From positions 38,440,001 through 38,504,000 of the forward strand of contig OX597840.1 in the NCBI GenBank assembly GCA_951406725.2: DNA of 64,000 nucleotides, given 5' to 3'. Within the stretch, counting starts at the first letter, position 1, and each line of letters opens with the position of its first letter. This document shows positions 1 to 12,628 of the stretch, one piece after another. Source of the stretch: Octopus vulgaris (taxonomy: Eukaryota). Position numbers and translations under genes: made by a program. The notes beneath the pieces are model-generated. The model had not been told where the DNA came from and ran no database searches. It worked only from the letters and a program-made list of their open reading frames with translations.

Positions 1-1565
1 ATATATACACAAACATATATATATATATACATATATATATGCATGTGTTTGTGAATACGTATACATGTGTGTAAGTATATATGTGTGTATGCGTATATGT
101 ACGTATAATGTTTCACATTCCCAGTTATGCTACTTAACAATCAGCCTCGATGCCTCGTGAAAACAGAAAGAAAATAAATACATATTCCAAGTAGAAAAAT
201 CAAGGAGGATATGGTTTTGCTATTCTTAAGCCATTGATAGCCTCGGGGAACAATTTTACTGTAATCACTATTTCCTCGCCAGGCCATTGTTTGTTTAAGC
301 TCCGCGCCATCTTCGGTCCCTTCCTTCTCTCCGTTCTAATTACGGTTCAGGAGATATTGAAAAATGCTCCAAGGTCTGTGATTCAATTGGAAAACAACAC
401 TCTCAGCTGTTGATTATGAGTGGATTCGAGGTGTAACTGTTACACAAAACGATATAATTACAATGATGTGGTTCGGTTTATTTTTTTCTAATGAAAAACC
501 AAAAAGGGCAAATACACAGGAAATAAAGAAAAAAATACAAGGACAAATAGAAATGTTGAATGCTAGCGTGAACAAGAACAACAATTTTGGCAAGAAAAAT
601 ACCATCAGTTTAAACTAAAACAAAAGGTAATCTAATTTCTCCAGCCAGAGGGGGAAAAAAAAAGTTTGTGTTTGTGGCTGTCTCTGTGGTTTTGTGTGGT
701 TTTTTGTGTGAGTTTATGATTTTTTTGTCATATTTTTTTTTTCATAATTCCTGATTTGTGGAATTAAAATTTTCAAGTTTTCAAGTAGAAGAATATTTGG
801 TTGTTTATGTTCTGAAGAATTCTAGTGAATGATTATTGTTGGGAGAATACCGCTGAAAGCAGTTTTTTTAATAATGATCACAATACAGTCCATTTCTTGC
901 TGCTGCTGCTGCTGATGATGATGATAATGATGATGATGATGATGATAATGATAATGATGATGATGACCTTCATCATCATCCTCATCATCTTCATCGTCCG
1001 CATCCCCACGATCAGCACCAGCAATGCCACCATCCCCACGACCAACAATTCAATCACCACCTCCATCTTTAAAACCATCGAGACTACCTCCTCCCCCACA
1101 CCGCCATCACCTCATGCACCGTACCATTGTTAATTTGTGTGAATGGAGTTGATTTTTACCATCGTAGTCACCGACGACATCACCATGGCAACAGCGACTA
1201 GAATGAAAGACACTCGTCCTCGTTCACAAAAAAAATTTAGAAGAAACCTGTTCTTTCATCGGTTAGTGAAGATATGTCTGCGCGTGTGACTGTACGCGAG
1301 CGCATGCGTGTATGCTTGTGTGTATGTGTATATGTGAGTGTCTGCGAAGGGGACATGTGCATGGTGGGCTCCACACTGATTTTCTCTTCCGAATTCAATT
1401 CACATTTTGTTTCGAATTCAATTCACATTTTGTTCGTGAATCCTGGAATATACTTTAAACCGTCTGCCTGTGTTCTAGCTCAGAACCGTGTCTGCAGGTG
1501 GCTGATAGGTGAATTCATGAATAACATAGGTATTTCTGCACCCCTGACCGCTGGCCAATGACGCA

Positions 1566-1728
1566 TCAGTGAATTTGGTAACCGAAATACGGTTTCCGTC
1601 TCCCAAATATACTCAAAAGGGTTTGGTGAGCCCGAAAATATAATAGAAAACACTTATCTAAGGTGTCAAACTGCAGGATTGAACACTGAGCCATGTGTTT
1701 GGGGAGGAACCATTTTGCCACGCAGCCT
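1566..1728 (-). mobile_element. Degraded CORE-type tRNA-derived SINE head
   Basis: Reverse complement resembles the 30546 copy (ggctgcgtggcaaaa...ggctcagtgttcaatcc...caccttagataagtgtttt). Confidence 0.6.
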
Positions 1729-1938
1729 CATATCTATGTGTGGGTCTTCGTATTGCCTTCACTACTACTTCACTGCCGATGCTGGTTTGTATATGTCTAC
1801 TTAACATATCAGTTCATCGAAATAAACCGATAGAATAAGTATCGAACGCTAAACGTGAATTACCTGGAGTCGATTTGCTTCACTAGACGTTTCAAATTGG
1901 TGCCTCAGCATGGCCACAGTCCAGCGTCGGAGAGAGTT

Positions 1939-2172
1939 CTATTTCTTTACTACCGACAAGGGGTTAAACATAGAGGGGAGAAACAAGGACAGACAAAAGG
2001 GATTAAGTCGATTACATCGACCCCAGTGCGTAACTGGTACTTAATTTATCGACCCCGAAAGGATGAAAGGCAAAGTCGACCTCGGCGGAATTTGAACTCG
2101 GAACGTAACGAAAGACAAAATACGGCTTCGCATTTCACCCGCCGTGCTAACTTTTCTGCCAGCTCGCCGCCT
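1939..2172 (-). mobile_element. tRNA-derived SINE monomer with Meta-like domain
   Basis: Reverse complement has head ggcggcgagctggcagaa, B-box-like gagttcaaattcc and core gcctttcatcctttcggggtcgataaattaagtacc. Flanked by agagagtt direct repeats (1931-1938, 2175-2182). Confidence 0.9.
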
Positions 2173-2289
2173 TAAGAGAGTTAAATAGTAGAAAGTTAAA
2201 AAATAAATGACAATCAAGTGAAACGTGATATCTAAAAACTCATAATATACTCTCATCCGCAATCATTGTTTCTCTCATATCTATCGTAT

Positions 2290-3150
2290 AAGGAATTATA
2301 ACTTATATTTGGCAGTTTCCAATATTTCTAGTCACAGATACTTCACTTACCTCAAGAGAAATATTCATTAAAAGCGCAGCTGATTCGCTTAACCAGCTCT
2401 TTGTCTTATTCTTAGTTTTCCCCATTCATTTGACCTTTATATTCTGGCTTACAAGTCTTTTGAGCATAATCTACTGCATCTAATGAGCTGTTGCCAAGTT
2501 GTTTCAGATCTTTCCTAATTGCGGCACGCCTTGTCTACAAGTGTATCAGTCACTCCCTTCGTCCCTCGGTGGTAAATAATATACGTCTGTTCTCTGTATT
2601 CACTCTTCTGGTGGCAATTGGAAAAAATATGACCTGCATCTCTCACTCTTCTTTCTGCAGGGTCAGTCCCCTGCAAACAGTGCAGATTGTCTCTTCTCAA
2701 GACTTCAGTGCTTTTGGTTGCATCCCAATCGATGGAACGTATTCGATCAGTCATTGACCTTGGGTGTCATTTCCCAAGTTCCTCCTACGTAAACCATTCT
2801 CTGTACGGCATTATCTATGTATTCAAACTTCATTCAACTTTGTAACTGACGATATATTCTTATCGGTATCAATTTATATCCACACATCATTCCCAGAATT
2901 TTATTTCTGAAAGCTGTTTTAACCTGGTTCCATAAAATTTCAGGAGGTGATAATTTCATTTTATTGCACCGTTCGCACACGTGAGAGGCAGTATTTACGA
3001 TTTTAATTGCGTTGATTTGCTGTGCAATTAACCTTTGTTATACGCAGCAATATCTTCTATTCTCAGATTGAAGACTTTGTCACGACTACACGCACCATTC
3101 TATACCTGGTGGGACTTAAGCGCAAAATATCGTATTTAACATTCTATGCG
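2290..3150 (-). mobile_element. Decayed non-LTR (RTE-like) reverse transcriptase fragment
   Basis: Minus-strand peptide RSMTDRIRSI resembles the LINE RT motif RSTTDQIF. Alignable by eye to 5800-6225. Many stops and frameshifts. Confidence 0.5.
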
Positions 3151-3588
3151 ATAATATTTAAAGTTAATAAGGTCGTAGGTTAATTAATTATAATCCTGCG
3201 CATCGCAACATAGACAGATTGCAGATTGGAAATCTGTCAGGGTATTGTAACAGAGTTTATCTATAAATATGTACTAAATATGTACAGCTGAACCGAGTGG
3301 TGGGTCAAATCCATTTAAGCAAATGGCACTAAGTGAAATATATATATTGTTTCAGTTTAAATATACACATGCATTTGTCAAATGGAAATCTAATATTCCA
3401 GTAAATCAAGCGAAGGAGTGTGCAGAGACAATGTGAGAAAGTATATTAAAATATTCTTGAAAAAGGGTTAAATTACGAAGTGAATATCTTTGGCGATTCC
3501 GAAACACAGAAGAGTAAGATTTAAAATGGTAACAATAGAAAAATAGAGGTCAACATATAATAACCTAAAATAACAGACACAAGCACAC

Positions 3589-3739
3589 ATGTATATATGT
3601 ATGCATGTATGTTGTATGTATGTGTGTATGTATGTACGTATGTATGTATGTATGTGTGTGTGTATGTATGTATGTATGTATGTATGTATGTATGTGTGTG
3701 TATGTATGTATGTATGTATGTATGTATGTATGTATGTAT
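3589..3739. repeat. (TATG)n microsatellite
   Basis: Direct inspection; the tract resumes at 4270-4348. Confidence 0.95.
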
Positions 3740-4270
3740 GGTCACTTTCGATGCTACTGGTAACATGTAACCCAGTACAACATGTTGCATGGTCGGGTCG
3801 TCGGCGACTAAACCGGCAACCCCACCAATCTTGCTTGGTGAGTTGGGTGTTTATTGGACACCCTGCAGGACGAAAAACAAAACTCGTCAAAGGGCGGAGG
3901 ATCTCTTGAGAGTCAACGGCCATCCAATAAATGTCTTCAGGCTGTATCATGCGCGGGGACATAGAAATAATCGGACTGAATACCCGATCGCGCGGTTAAA
4001 CCGTTGGGAGTGAAGGACTCCAAGCCTTTGTTAGGGCATCCTTCTAGGAGAAGGTAATTCAGGTAACTGGGATAACTCCTACATAAAACCTGCGGCTCAG
4101 TGGTTACCGATGACGTTGACTTTTTCTTCTTTTCGGATTATGGCTGCTGTTGCTTAGTGAGTGGGATTGACTCTGTGCACCGCCTTTCGTCACTTTAAAA
4201 AAAATCTTCTTGCACAGGAATTGCACGATAGCAACATTGATTAAGCTTCGATAACGAGGGGGCAGCCACT
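3740..4270 (+). mobile_element. Non-coding, GC-richer element with an RTE-type 5'UTR motif, inserted in (TATG)n
   Basis: Sharp GC step between two TATG tracts. Contains ttagggcatccttctaggagaaggtaa (4031-4057), similar to the conserved RTE 5'UTR CTAGGAGAAGG motif. Many hairpins. Confidence 0.6.
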
Positions 4271-4496
4271 ATGTATGTATGTATGTATGTATGTATGTAT
4301 GTATGTATGTATGTATGTATGTATGTATGTATGTATGTATGTATGTATATGTGTATGTTTGTATATAAATCTTTAGTTAAATATATTCAATAAGAATATT
4401 ATATATTCAATTTATATTGAGTGCTGAATTGTATCAAATTATTAATACTATTAAAGTATTTATATATTTAATACGAGCGATTATATACATATAGAT

Positions 4497-4850
4497 TTTT
4501 TTAATAATAAATTATTATTAATATTTGGAAATCAATATCAAAATTCCCCAGAAAGATATACACGTGTGAAAAATAGTGGTTGTATTAAAAATATATAAAT
4601 AAATAAATATAAATATCTATAAAATATATGTGAATATGCATAGGTATAAATATATAATGTATATGACTGTTTAAACGTTTTGAATTAATTAATTAATTAT
4701 ACATTAATTAATTAATTATTAATTTATACATATTTATATTTATTTATTTATATATTTTTAATACAAAAATTATTTTTCACACGTGTATATATTTCTGAGG
4801 AGTTTTCTGATATTGGTTTCCTAATATTAAAAAGAATATATTATTAAAAC
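4497..4850. repeat. Imperfect long inverted repeat (~125 bp arms)
   Basis: tatacacgtgtgaaaaata...tgtattaaaaatatataaataaata (4557-4610) is mirrored by tatttatttatatatttttaataca...tatttttcacacgtgtata (4740-4789). Confidence 0.85.
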
Positions 4851-4908
<58 letters not shown>

Positions 4909-4910
<2 letters not shown>

Positions 4911-5078
4911 TACTAATAAGAACATGGAGAAACAAATTTAGTTTATTCATCATCTTTCTGATATTAGACTGTTGAATTATTTATTCATTTAACAAAATGA
5001 GAACCTTATAATGCAACATTCTAATATCCGAAATATGATGAACAAACTAAATTTGCTTCTCCATTTTCTTATTAGTAT
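4909..5078. repeat. Inverted repeat (~60 bp arms)
   Basis: atactaataagaacatggagaaacaaatttagttt pairs with aaactaaatttgcttctccattttcttattagtat. Confidence 0.85.
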
Positions 5079-5245
5079 AATAAATTAACGGTAAAAATAT
5101 TTCTTTACCTTCACCCGTTTAATACAATAAATAAGTTAATTGCATTGCAATTAAAAATCTTTATGTATTAAGAATCTGGGTACTTTACCAACAGTATATT
5201 GGATAAATACTATCCCTTAGTGGGTTACACCCATAACCCCTAACT

Positions 5246-5321
<76 letters not shown>

Positions 5322-5492
5322 CCAAGAAAAAAGCAACAAGAATGGATTAATAGTTTAGTGCTTTTTTCTTGGTTATAATCACCCCACATTAGTTTATGGT
5401 TAATACCATAAAGAATTCTGGTGCATCTCAGTTAAGTACCGCATTCATTTGAATTCATTGGAATTCACTTGAATCTTAATTGTTTTTGCTGA

Positions 5493-5561
<69 letters not shown>

Positions 5562-5799
5562 ATTATTCAGTTTATTTCAAGATTTCTTGCCAATAAAGTA
5601 CCGGTTTCTACCCTAGATCCAAGACTCTTCCATTGGAACTTCAATATCAACAGCATGGTATTTTTGTGTGTATATATGTATGTATGTATAAATGTATGCA
5701 TATATGTATGTATAAAGGGTGTAAGATATCTTGTGTGAGATATCCAACAAATAATATAAAAAGAAGTTAAAGCAGTAATTCACGGACAGATTTGTTTCG

Positions 5800-6225
5800 G
5801 ACATATGCTTTGCATCGAATTACAGTTGCAATCAGACAACTGTCATCCTGTCCTCAGAAATAAATCAGTCATTGACCCGTTGGGAACGTGTAAACAACGA
5901 CGCTATAGTTCACGAATTCCCAGTTACCCTTATCAATGTTAATTTACATTATACATCATCTAGAGAGTTTTATCTTCGAAAACTGTTTTAACTCGGTTCC
6001 ATAAAATTTAGGAAGGCGATAATTTCGTTTTATTGGTGTGTTCACACATAGAAGAGGTTGTGTTCGTTCTCTTAATTCTGTTGAACCGCTTGATAATTAG
6101 CCTTTGCTATATGTAGTTGTAACATCTATTCCCAGATTGCAGAGAATATGAAGTCTAGATACGTGATTTTGAATCGAATGGGACTTGTGCATGAACGATC
6201 GTATTTAACCTTTTGTACAGGAATG
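5800..6225 (-). mobile_element. Second decayed copy of the RTE-like RT fragment
   Basis: Minus frame RNYRLPKFYGTELKQFSKI resembles NYRPISLL..YK.F.KI. Shares blocks with 2745-3150 (tcagtcattgacc, ggttccataaaattt, atcgtatttaac). Confidence 0.5.
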
Positions 6226-6243
6226 TTACAAGGTTATAAGACC

Positions 6244-6283
<40 letters not shown>

Positions 6284-6309
6284 TAATAATAATAATGAAG
6301 ATGATGATG

Positions 6310-6342
<33 letters not shown>

Positions 6343-6704
6343 TTGATGATGATGGTGATAATATATTATACTTTGTTTCAGAACTTCTTGATTGTAAATT
6401 TTGAAACTTTCTATGAAGTTCATTTAAAATATATTTTCCTTCTTTCTTTCAAAAGTGGACAATGAGAAACAGTTGGCGGAAAATGGTGGTAAATATAATG
6501 GAAAGAGACAGACGAGTGGCGCCTACACATCGAAGGCCACGTTCTCCATGATGATCATGTCATGGGGCTACATTGAAAAACTGAAGACACCTTGTTTAAA
6601 TCTTAAAGTTCATATGTGTGTGCGCGTGTGTGTGTGTGCATGAGAAAGGGAGAGAGCGAAAGAGAGACAGCCATGAATGGGTATATATATATATATATAT
6701 ATAT

Positions 6705-6850
6705 ACGACGGCCTTCTTTCAGTTTCCGTCTACCAAATCCACTTACCAGGCTTTCATCGGCCCTAGCCTATAGTAGACGTCACTTGCCCGAGGTGTCACG
6801 CAGTACTATGTGGCTGGTAAGCAAGCTACTTGCCACACAGTCACCCCTGC
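6705..6850 (-). mobile_element. CORE-type SINE, partial
   Basis: cttctttcagtttccgtctaccaaatccac...cacttgcccgaggtg...cacacagtcac matches the reverse complement of the 30546 family. Confidence 0.85.
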
Positions 6851-8939
6851 GGCTAATAATAATAATTGATGAAGTAGCCAAAAAATGGATTTGGTGTCAA
6901 TCTTTATTTTGCACAACGTTCATTTCGACCCACCCTGTTACTCTCCCTTATCTGTGAGACTCCGTTGAACATGTGTTGCGTCCATTATGCTAAATCCTTA
7001 CATTAAGTGGTGCTTCGCTAAATATCTTTAGTTTTTGTTGTCATGTTGTCATATGTCCGTCGAGTTATGCAACAATTTCCATTACTATTAAATTTCCATA
7101 ATAAAAATCGTAAACATTTGTAAATATAAGCAAATAACAGTCGATAATAAAGAAAGAAAAAGGCAGATGAAAAATAATTTTGCAGGGGAAGTGAATAGGA
7201 GATGGACTGGGAGGGATTGAGTTACATCAGGTTTAAAATAAAGGAATGGTGCTCGAGAGAGGAAAAGATATACATGCAGTTTAAAGTGTCTAGAGGGGAC
7301 GAAAGGATCTTATGCTAGCTAACCTCGGTCGGGATACGTATGGGCATATATACACACACATTCACACACACCTACCCGTATATATACCCCGACACAGACG
7401 TGAAAATCTAATGCTACTGGAAAATGTAGCAAAGCTTCCTTCCGTATCCAGACGGGCATATAACATGACAGCCTTTATATCAATAAATAATTTTAAACTC
7501 GTTCCAATTATAAGAACGGCGGGCAATACAAATTATCAGTATTACTTTCCACTTTATCGAGTCCGCTGCAGGACATTTCTAAATCATGGGAGATTTTTCC
7601 AAGATTTACATCCGAACAACTTGGAAAACAACTATTTATTTTTTTTTTACTTTATGTTACCATTTGTTTGTTTACGGTATTAACCGGATTTCTTTCTGCT
7701 TTTCTTTATTCTCCCATATTATTTTATACAGATTACTGCTGATCTGGTTGTTGTTGTTGTTTTTGCTGTTGTTGTTGTTGTTGTTCGTAGTGGCGGCGGC
7801 GGCGGTGTGTTATTTACAGTAGCTGTCATTGTTTTCTAATTTCCTGTTCAATATTTGCTATCGTTGTATATATTAAGGCCAATTTACTGCGCTAATTTAC
7901 AGTTCGTTATGTCTCTGCATAATGTATAATTCTGTTAGCGAGAAATTCTTCTTTCTTTCAATATTGGTTTTTATTTTTCTGTTTGAATTTCGTGGATTAA
8001 CTTTGCGATCAATGTTATTGTTGCTGTTGTTGTTGTTGTTGATTTCTTTCTTCTTCTCTTTTTTTTTTCGGTGTGATTATGTCTGGTTACGTCTAACTAT
8101 ACATCTATGTCTGAATCTGTATGTCTGTGTTTGTGTGTGTGTGTGTTTGTTTGTGTACATGTGTATAAATATATGTCTATGCCTCTCTGAGTCTGTGTGT
8201 GATTGTGTCTGCGTCTGTCTGTAAGTCGAATTTTCCGTGTTTTGTTGTTAATTATTTCTTCTCTTCATTTTTTTTTTGTATTCCACGTCTCCGACTTTAT
8301 CGTCATCGGCATCGTCATCTCCGTTCTTGCTGTGGCCTTCTTCTTCTCCTCACCTCCTCCTCTTTCCCCCTCCCTCTACTTGTTGTTGTTATTCTTCTTC
8401 TTCGTCTTCTTCTTCTTCTTCTAATCCTCCCCTTCCTTCTTCTCCTTCTCTTTCTCCTTCATCTTCTTCTTCTTATCTTCCTCCTCCTTCTCCTCTTCCT
8501 CACAATCTCACGATCGTAAGCTCGACGCTCTAACCACTCAGCCATGCATCTTCATAGATATATTATTCAGTTAATATTTGGGTGATGTTCAACGCGTTTT
8601 GCCAGCGGTATTTTCACCCGGGAAAATCCGTTTAGATGTGAAAAACTTTGAGAAGCAGAGTCTACGTTTTTGAAAGGATTTTCGCGTTAGAAATACCGCA
8701 GCCAGAACCGTTTAACAACAAAAAGGCATTATGTGTGTCACATTGATAATGTTTGCTTTATCGGGTAGCTTCTAACTCAATAATTTAACCACACACAAAC
8801 ACGCATGCATCCACATACACAAACCCGCGCATGAAGACACATACACACACACACCCACATGCGGACACACGTAATATATATTCCTTCTTCTGTCTGGTTA
8901 TTATTGTTGCGATACCAAATTGCAGCCAAAGAACAGGAT

Positions 8940-9361
8940 TTCTTATTTCTACATTGCCCGCAAGGGGCTAAACATAGAGGGCAAAAATAAGGACAGACAA
9001 AGGAATTAAGTCGATTACATCGAACCCCAGTGATTAACTGGTACTTAATTTATCGACCCCGAAAGGATGAAAGGCAGAGTCGACCTCGGCGGAATTTGAA
9101 CTCAGAACGTAGCGGCAGACGAAATACCTATTTCTATACTACCGACAAGGGGCTAAACATAGAGGGGAAAATACGAACAGACAAAGGAATTAAGTCGATT
9201 ACATCGAACCCCAGTGATTAACTAGTACTTAATTTATCGACCACGAAAGGATTAAAAGCAAAGTTTACCTCGGCGGAATTTGAACTCAGAACGTAACAGC
9301 AGACGAAATACCGCTAAGCATTTCGCCCGGCGTGCTAACGATTCTGCCAGCTCGCCGCCTT
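8940..9361 (-). mobile_element. Meta-like SINE tandem dimer (one head, two bodies)
   Basis: Two ~185 bp bodies joined at cagacgaaatacctatttc (9116-9134); single head at 9315-9361. Confidence 0.9.
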
Positions 9362-10210
9362 ACCCAGAGAACAGCATTTCTGCTCACGTTTTCAGTTAGA
9401 AATACTCTACTAATTGTGCCGCCATCTTTTCTCAGAAATTCTTTCACACAACACTTCCGGTCAGTCTCATTCCATATTTACTTCATCTCAGAAATATCTG
9501 AATTACTCACTGCAAAGAAGAAACCGTGCTACCAAATCAGAAAGACGTCTTAGTTCCTTCATCTTCGCATTTGCGGCCCGTTTTACTCTGCCACTTCACA
9601 ACAGACATTTGAACTCGTGACTTGCCGATCGTAAATCTATATTTGTTGTAAACTATCAAGTTGAGAAAAATCTTTCTGCCAACATTTATTACTCTTTTAG
9701 TTTCCTCAAACTTGATTGATTATAAATTACGTTAGGCATGCAAATTATAAATATTTTTGGTCACAGTGCCATCAGATGAGTTTCCAATTTCAGGAAATAT
9801 TGGCAGAAAACCAAAAATACTCTTAGAAATGAAAGATAAAATATGAGAGCGTTAACAGACAAGCGGCTATAAATTGGCCGTTCGTTGAATACTTTAAATT
9901 TCCAATTATTCAGCTGCTCTTTGGTTCGGCATTCCAAACGGAAGGCAAAATGTCGTATATGAAAGTAGATATCATATTTTGCATGATAATATTTAAAATT
10001 TTGTATTGTCAGTAAATAAATGGCTATCAAATTTCTACATGTTTATAAATAATCCGATATTCCTTGTATAATTCTACATGAATCATTGGCATCTAATTAC
10101 TAATCGAAACTGTATAGAACGCCATGTGAATTTATTTGGCCAAATTCCATGGCGAGTCTATTGCGGTCAGTGTAAAATTTAACTACATAGTGTAGGATCT
10201 TTTAAGAAAA

Positions 10211-10555
10211 CTAGCTGTATAGCCCGGCGTTGCTCGGGTTTGTTTCGACCTTTTAGAATTGGAATTTTTGAAAAGTAAAAAGTGTGCATTATGTAGCTTC
10301 TTCTTCTCTTTAAGTGAACATTTTTCTGGTTGAAATACACCGAAAAATGGCGACACAACAGTAAAAAAATCGTAAAAAATAGGGATTTTCATTCAAAAAT
10401 AGCAACTTTTGATGTAACACTTTATGGTGTTAACATGGTTCGATTTGTATTTTCTTCTATCATACGCCCAATTTTGGTCAACTTGTGCCGCAGGGTCTCC
10501 GAGGAGATAGTATTAGTTGAAGGCTACCAAACCTGCCGAACACAGACAACTCCAG

Positions 10556-10565
<10 letters not shown>
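10211..10565 (-). mobile_element. Non-autonomous Helitron-like element
   Basis: Minus strand ends cccgagcaacgccggg (hairpin) ctatacag-CTAG|T. The other end reads tatatataaagctggag. Both are typical Helitron-type termini. Confidence 0.65.
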
Positions 10566-10611
<46 letters not shown>

Positions 10612-10764
10612 TATATATATATTTACAAAGCTTCTTAGCTCCTTACTTTTGGGGAAACCGGCAGAGGCAGCCATTGAGGTGGCGGCTGGAGGTGGAAAGA
10701 AATAGAATGGCAAACGCAAGAAGCTGTGAGAAATACATAAATACATGCATACATATATATTTCA

Positions 10765-10960
10765 TCATGTTGAACCCTTATCCCTACATTTTTCTCTCTC
10801 TTCTCTAATTTTCATTCTCTCTCCTTTTTCCCTCTTAATCTTTTCTATCGAAGAGCGTAAGCTCCAAAAGTGAAACATGTTTCTGATCTTCCCAAGTGTT
10901 AAACTAATACACCTGCTTCTTGTTCTTACACCTGTCTTCATCATTTGTTTTCTGTATGTA
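10765..10960 (+). mobile_element. Short repeat related to 43580/56095, with a degenerate HHR-like core
   Basis: ttttCTATCGAaGAGCgtaaGCTCcaaaagtg at 10841-10872; TC-rich upstream and a taatac...tgtt-rich tail into (TA)n. Confidence 0.5.
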
Positions 10961-10969
10961 TATAATGTG

Positions 10970-11047
<78 letters not shown>

Positions 11048-11292
11048 TAACAACGATAAGATAACAAAATAAAGAGACCTCAATATTATGTAAGTAGAGA
11101 AAATTCTATCTATAAAATAATACGTTACAATTACTCAATAGTCAAGATAAACCTCTGAGTTTCAGATGCCGAAAGGGAAATCCACAACAGAAATGAAAAC
11201 TTCTTTGATTTGAAACCAGTTTGACAAATGCCAATGAATGAGATTCTTGTTTTTTTATTCAGTCTGTAAAATCCGCCGGTTATTAATACACA

Positions 11293-11333
<41 letters not shown>

Positions 11334-11801
11334 ATATATATACGCATATATGTACGCGTGCGCGCTCATTCATTGCTTCATAAAGAAATATAGGCAAGGG
11401 TTTCAATTATCGAAAAAATGTTGTTATTTTAAAGTCAGGTGCGTAGTACAACCATCATCATACGTCTCAAATTACTCTGATTGTGACAGCACCAATAATT
11501 GCTGTTACGGTTTCCATATTTGTATGTGTGTATTAGTGTCTCTGTGTATCTTCCTCTGTGTGTTTTAATTCGAGAATAATAATCATTAAATATAATTATA
11601 ATAAATAATCAAAATTCTTTATCAAACTGATCGTCCAGACGTTATTTTGAAGACAGACGACAACACGTTAACTATTTATTTATTTACGCAGTCTCTCTCC
11701 AACGATTCATCTTTCGAAGAGAGATATCGTGGTTATTCAGTTATGTCGCATAAAATGATATCGGCATGGTCACTATTTGTTCTTGCTTTCTTTAGAAGAA
11801 T

Positions 11802-12199
11802 ACCTATTTCTTTACTACCCACAAGGGGCTAAACACAGAGTGGAAAAACAAGGACAGACAAACGGATTAAGTCGATTGTATCGATCCCAGTGTGTAACTG
11901 GTACTTAAATTATAGACCCCGAAAGGATGAAATGCAAAGTCGACTTCGGCGGAATTTGAACTAAGAACGTAATGGCAGACGAAATACCTATTTTTATTTC
12001 TTTACTACCCACAAGGAGCTAAACACAGAGAGGACAAACAAGGACAGATACATTGCTTAAGTTGATTATATCAACCTCAGTGCGTAACTGGTACTTAATT
12101 TATCGACCCCAAAAGGATGAAAGACAAAGTCGACCACAGCTGACGAAATACGGCTACGCATTTCGCCCGGCGTGCTAACGATTCTGCCAGCTCGCCGCC
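11802..12199 (-). mobile_element. Meta-like SINE dimer with a 14-bp target-site duplication
   Basis: ttctttagaagaat at 11788-11801 and 12200-12213 flanks the whole dimer. Confidence 0.9.
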
Positions 12200-12417
12200 T
12201 TCTTTAGAAGAATTCCAATAGGTTAAACAGAAATAATTTCTTGCATAAAGTATGCAGTATCGCAGTCTGAGCATTGTTTTCAATAATTCTTTCAAATTCT
12301 GCAGGGTACCAGTCACTTATAAAGGAGGATGAACTTCTTCCATAATTTTGTGAGCGATACCCATTTATATTCAGGATTGCATCCTCTCATTCTTGAGCAT
12401 TATCATTTGCTAAATAA

Positions 12418-12628
12418 GGCGGCGAGCTGGCAGAATATTAGCACGCCGGGCGAAATGTTTAACAGTATTTCGTCTGTCTTTACGTTCTGAGTTCAAATCC
12501 CTTCGAGGTTGAATTTGCCTTTCATCCTTTCAGGGTTGATAAATTAAGTACCAGTTTCCTACTGAAATTAATCTAATCGACTAGCCTCCTCCCCAAACAT
12601 TTCGGGCCTTGTGCCTAGACTAGAAAAG
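12418..12628 (+). mobile_element. Meta-like SINE with an alternative 3' tail
   Basis: Same head and core as 1939; tail is ccttgtgcctagactagaaaag (similar tail at 55773). Confidence 0.85.

Noticed and set aside
300-640. Possible promoter or first exon (cgccatctt YY1-like motif, ag|gtaatc)
   Set aside because: Short motifs expected by chance; no supporting ORF or other evidence.
1391-1434. 22-bp tandem duplication gaattcaattcacattttgtt
   Set aside because: Two copies with no spacers; simple slippage, not a CRISPR-like array.
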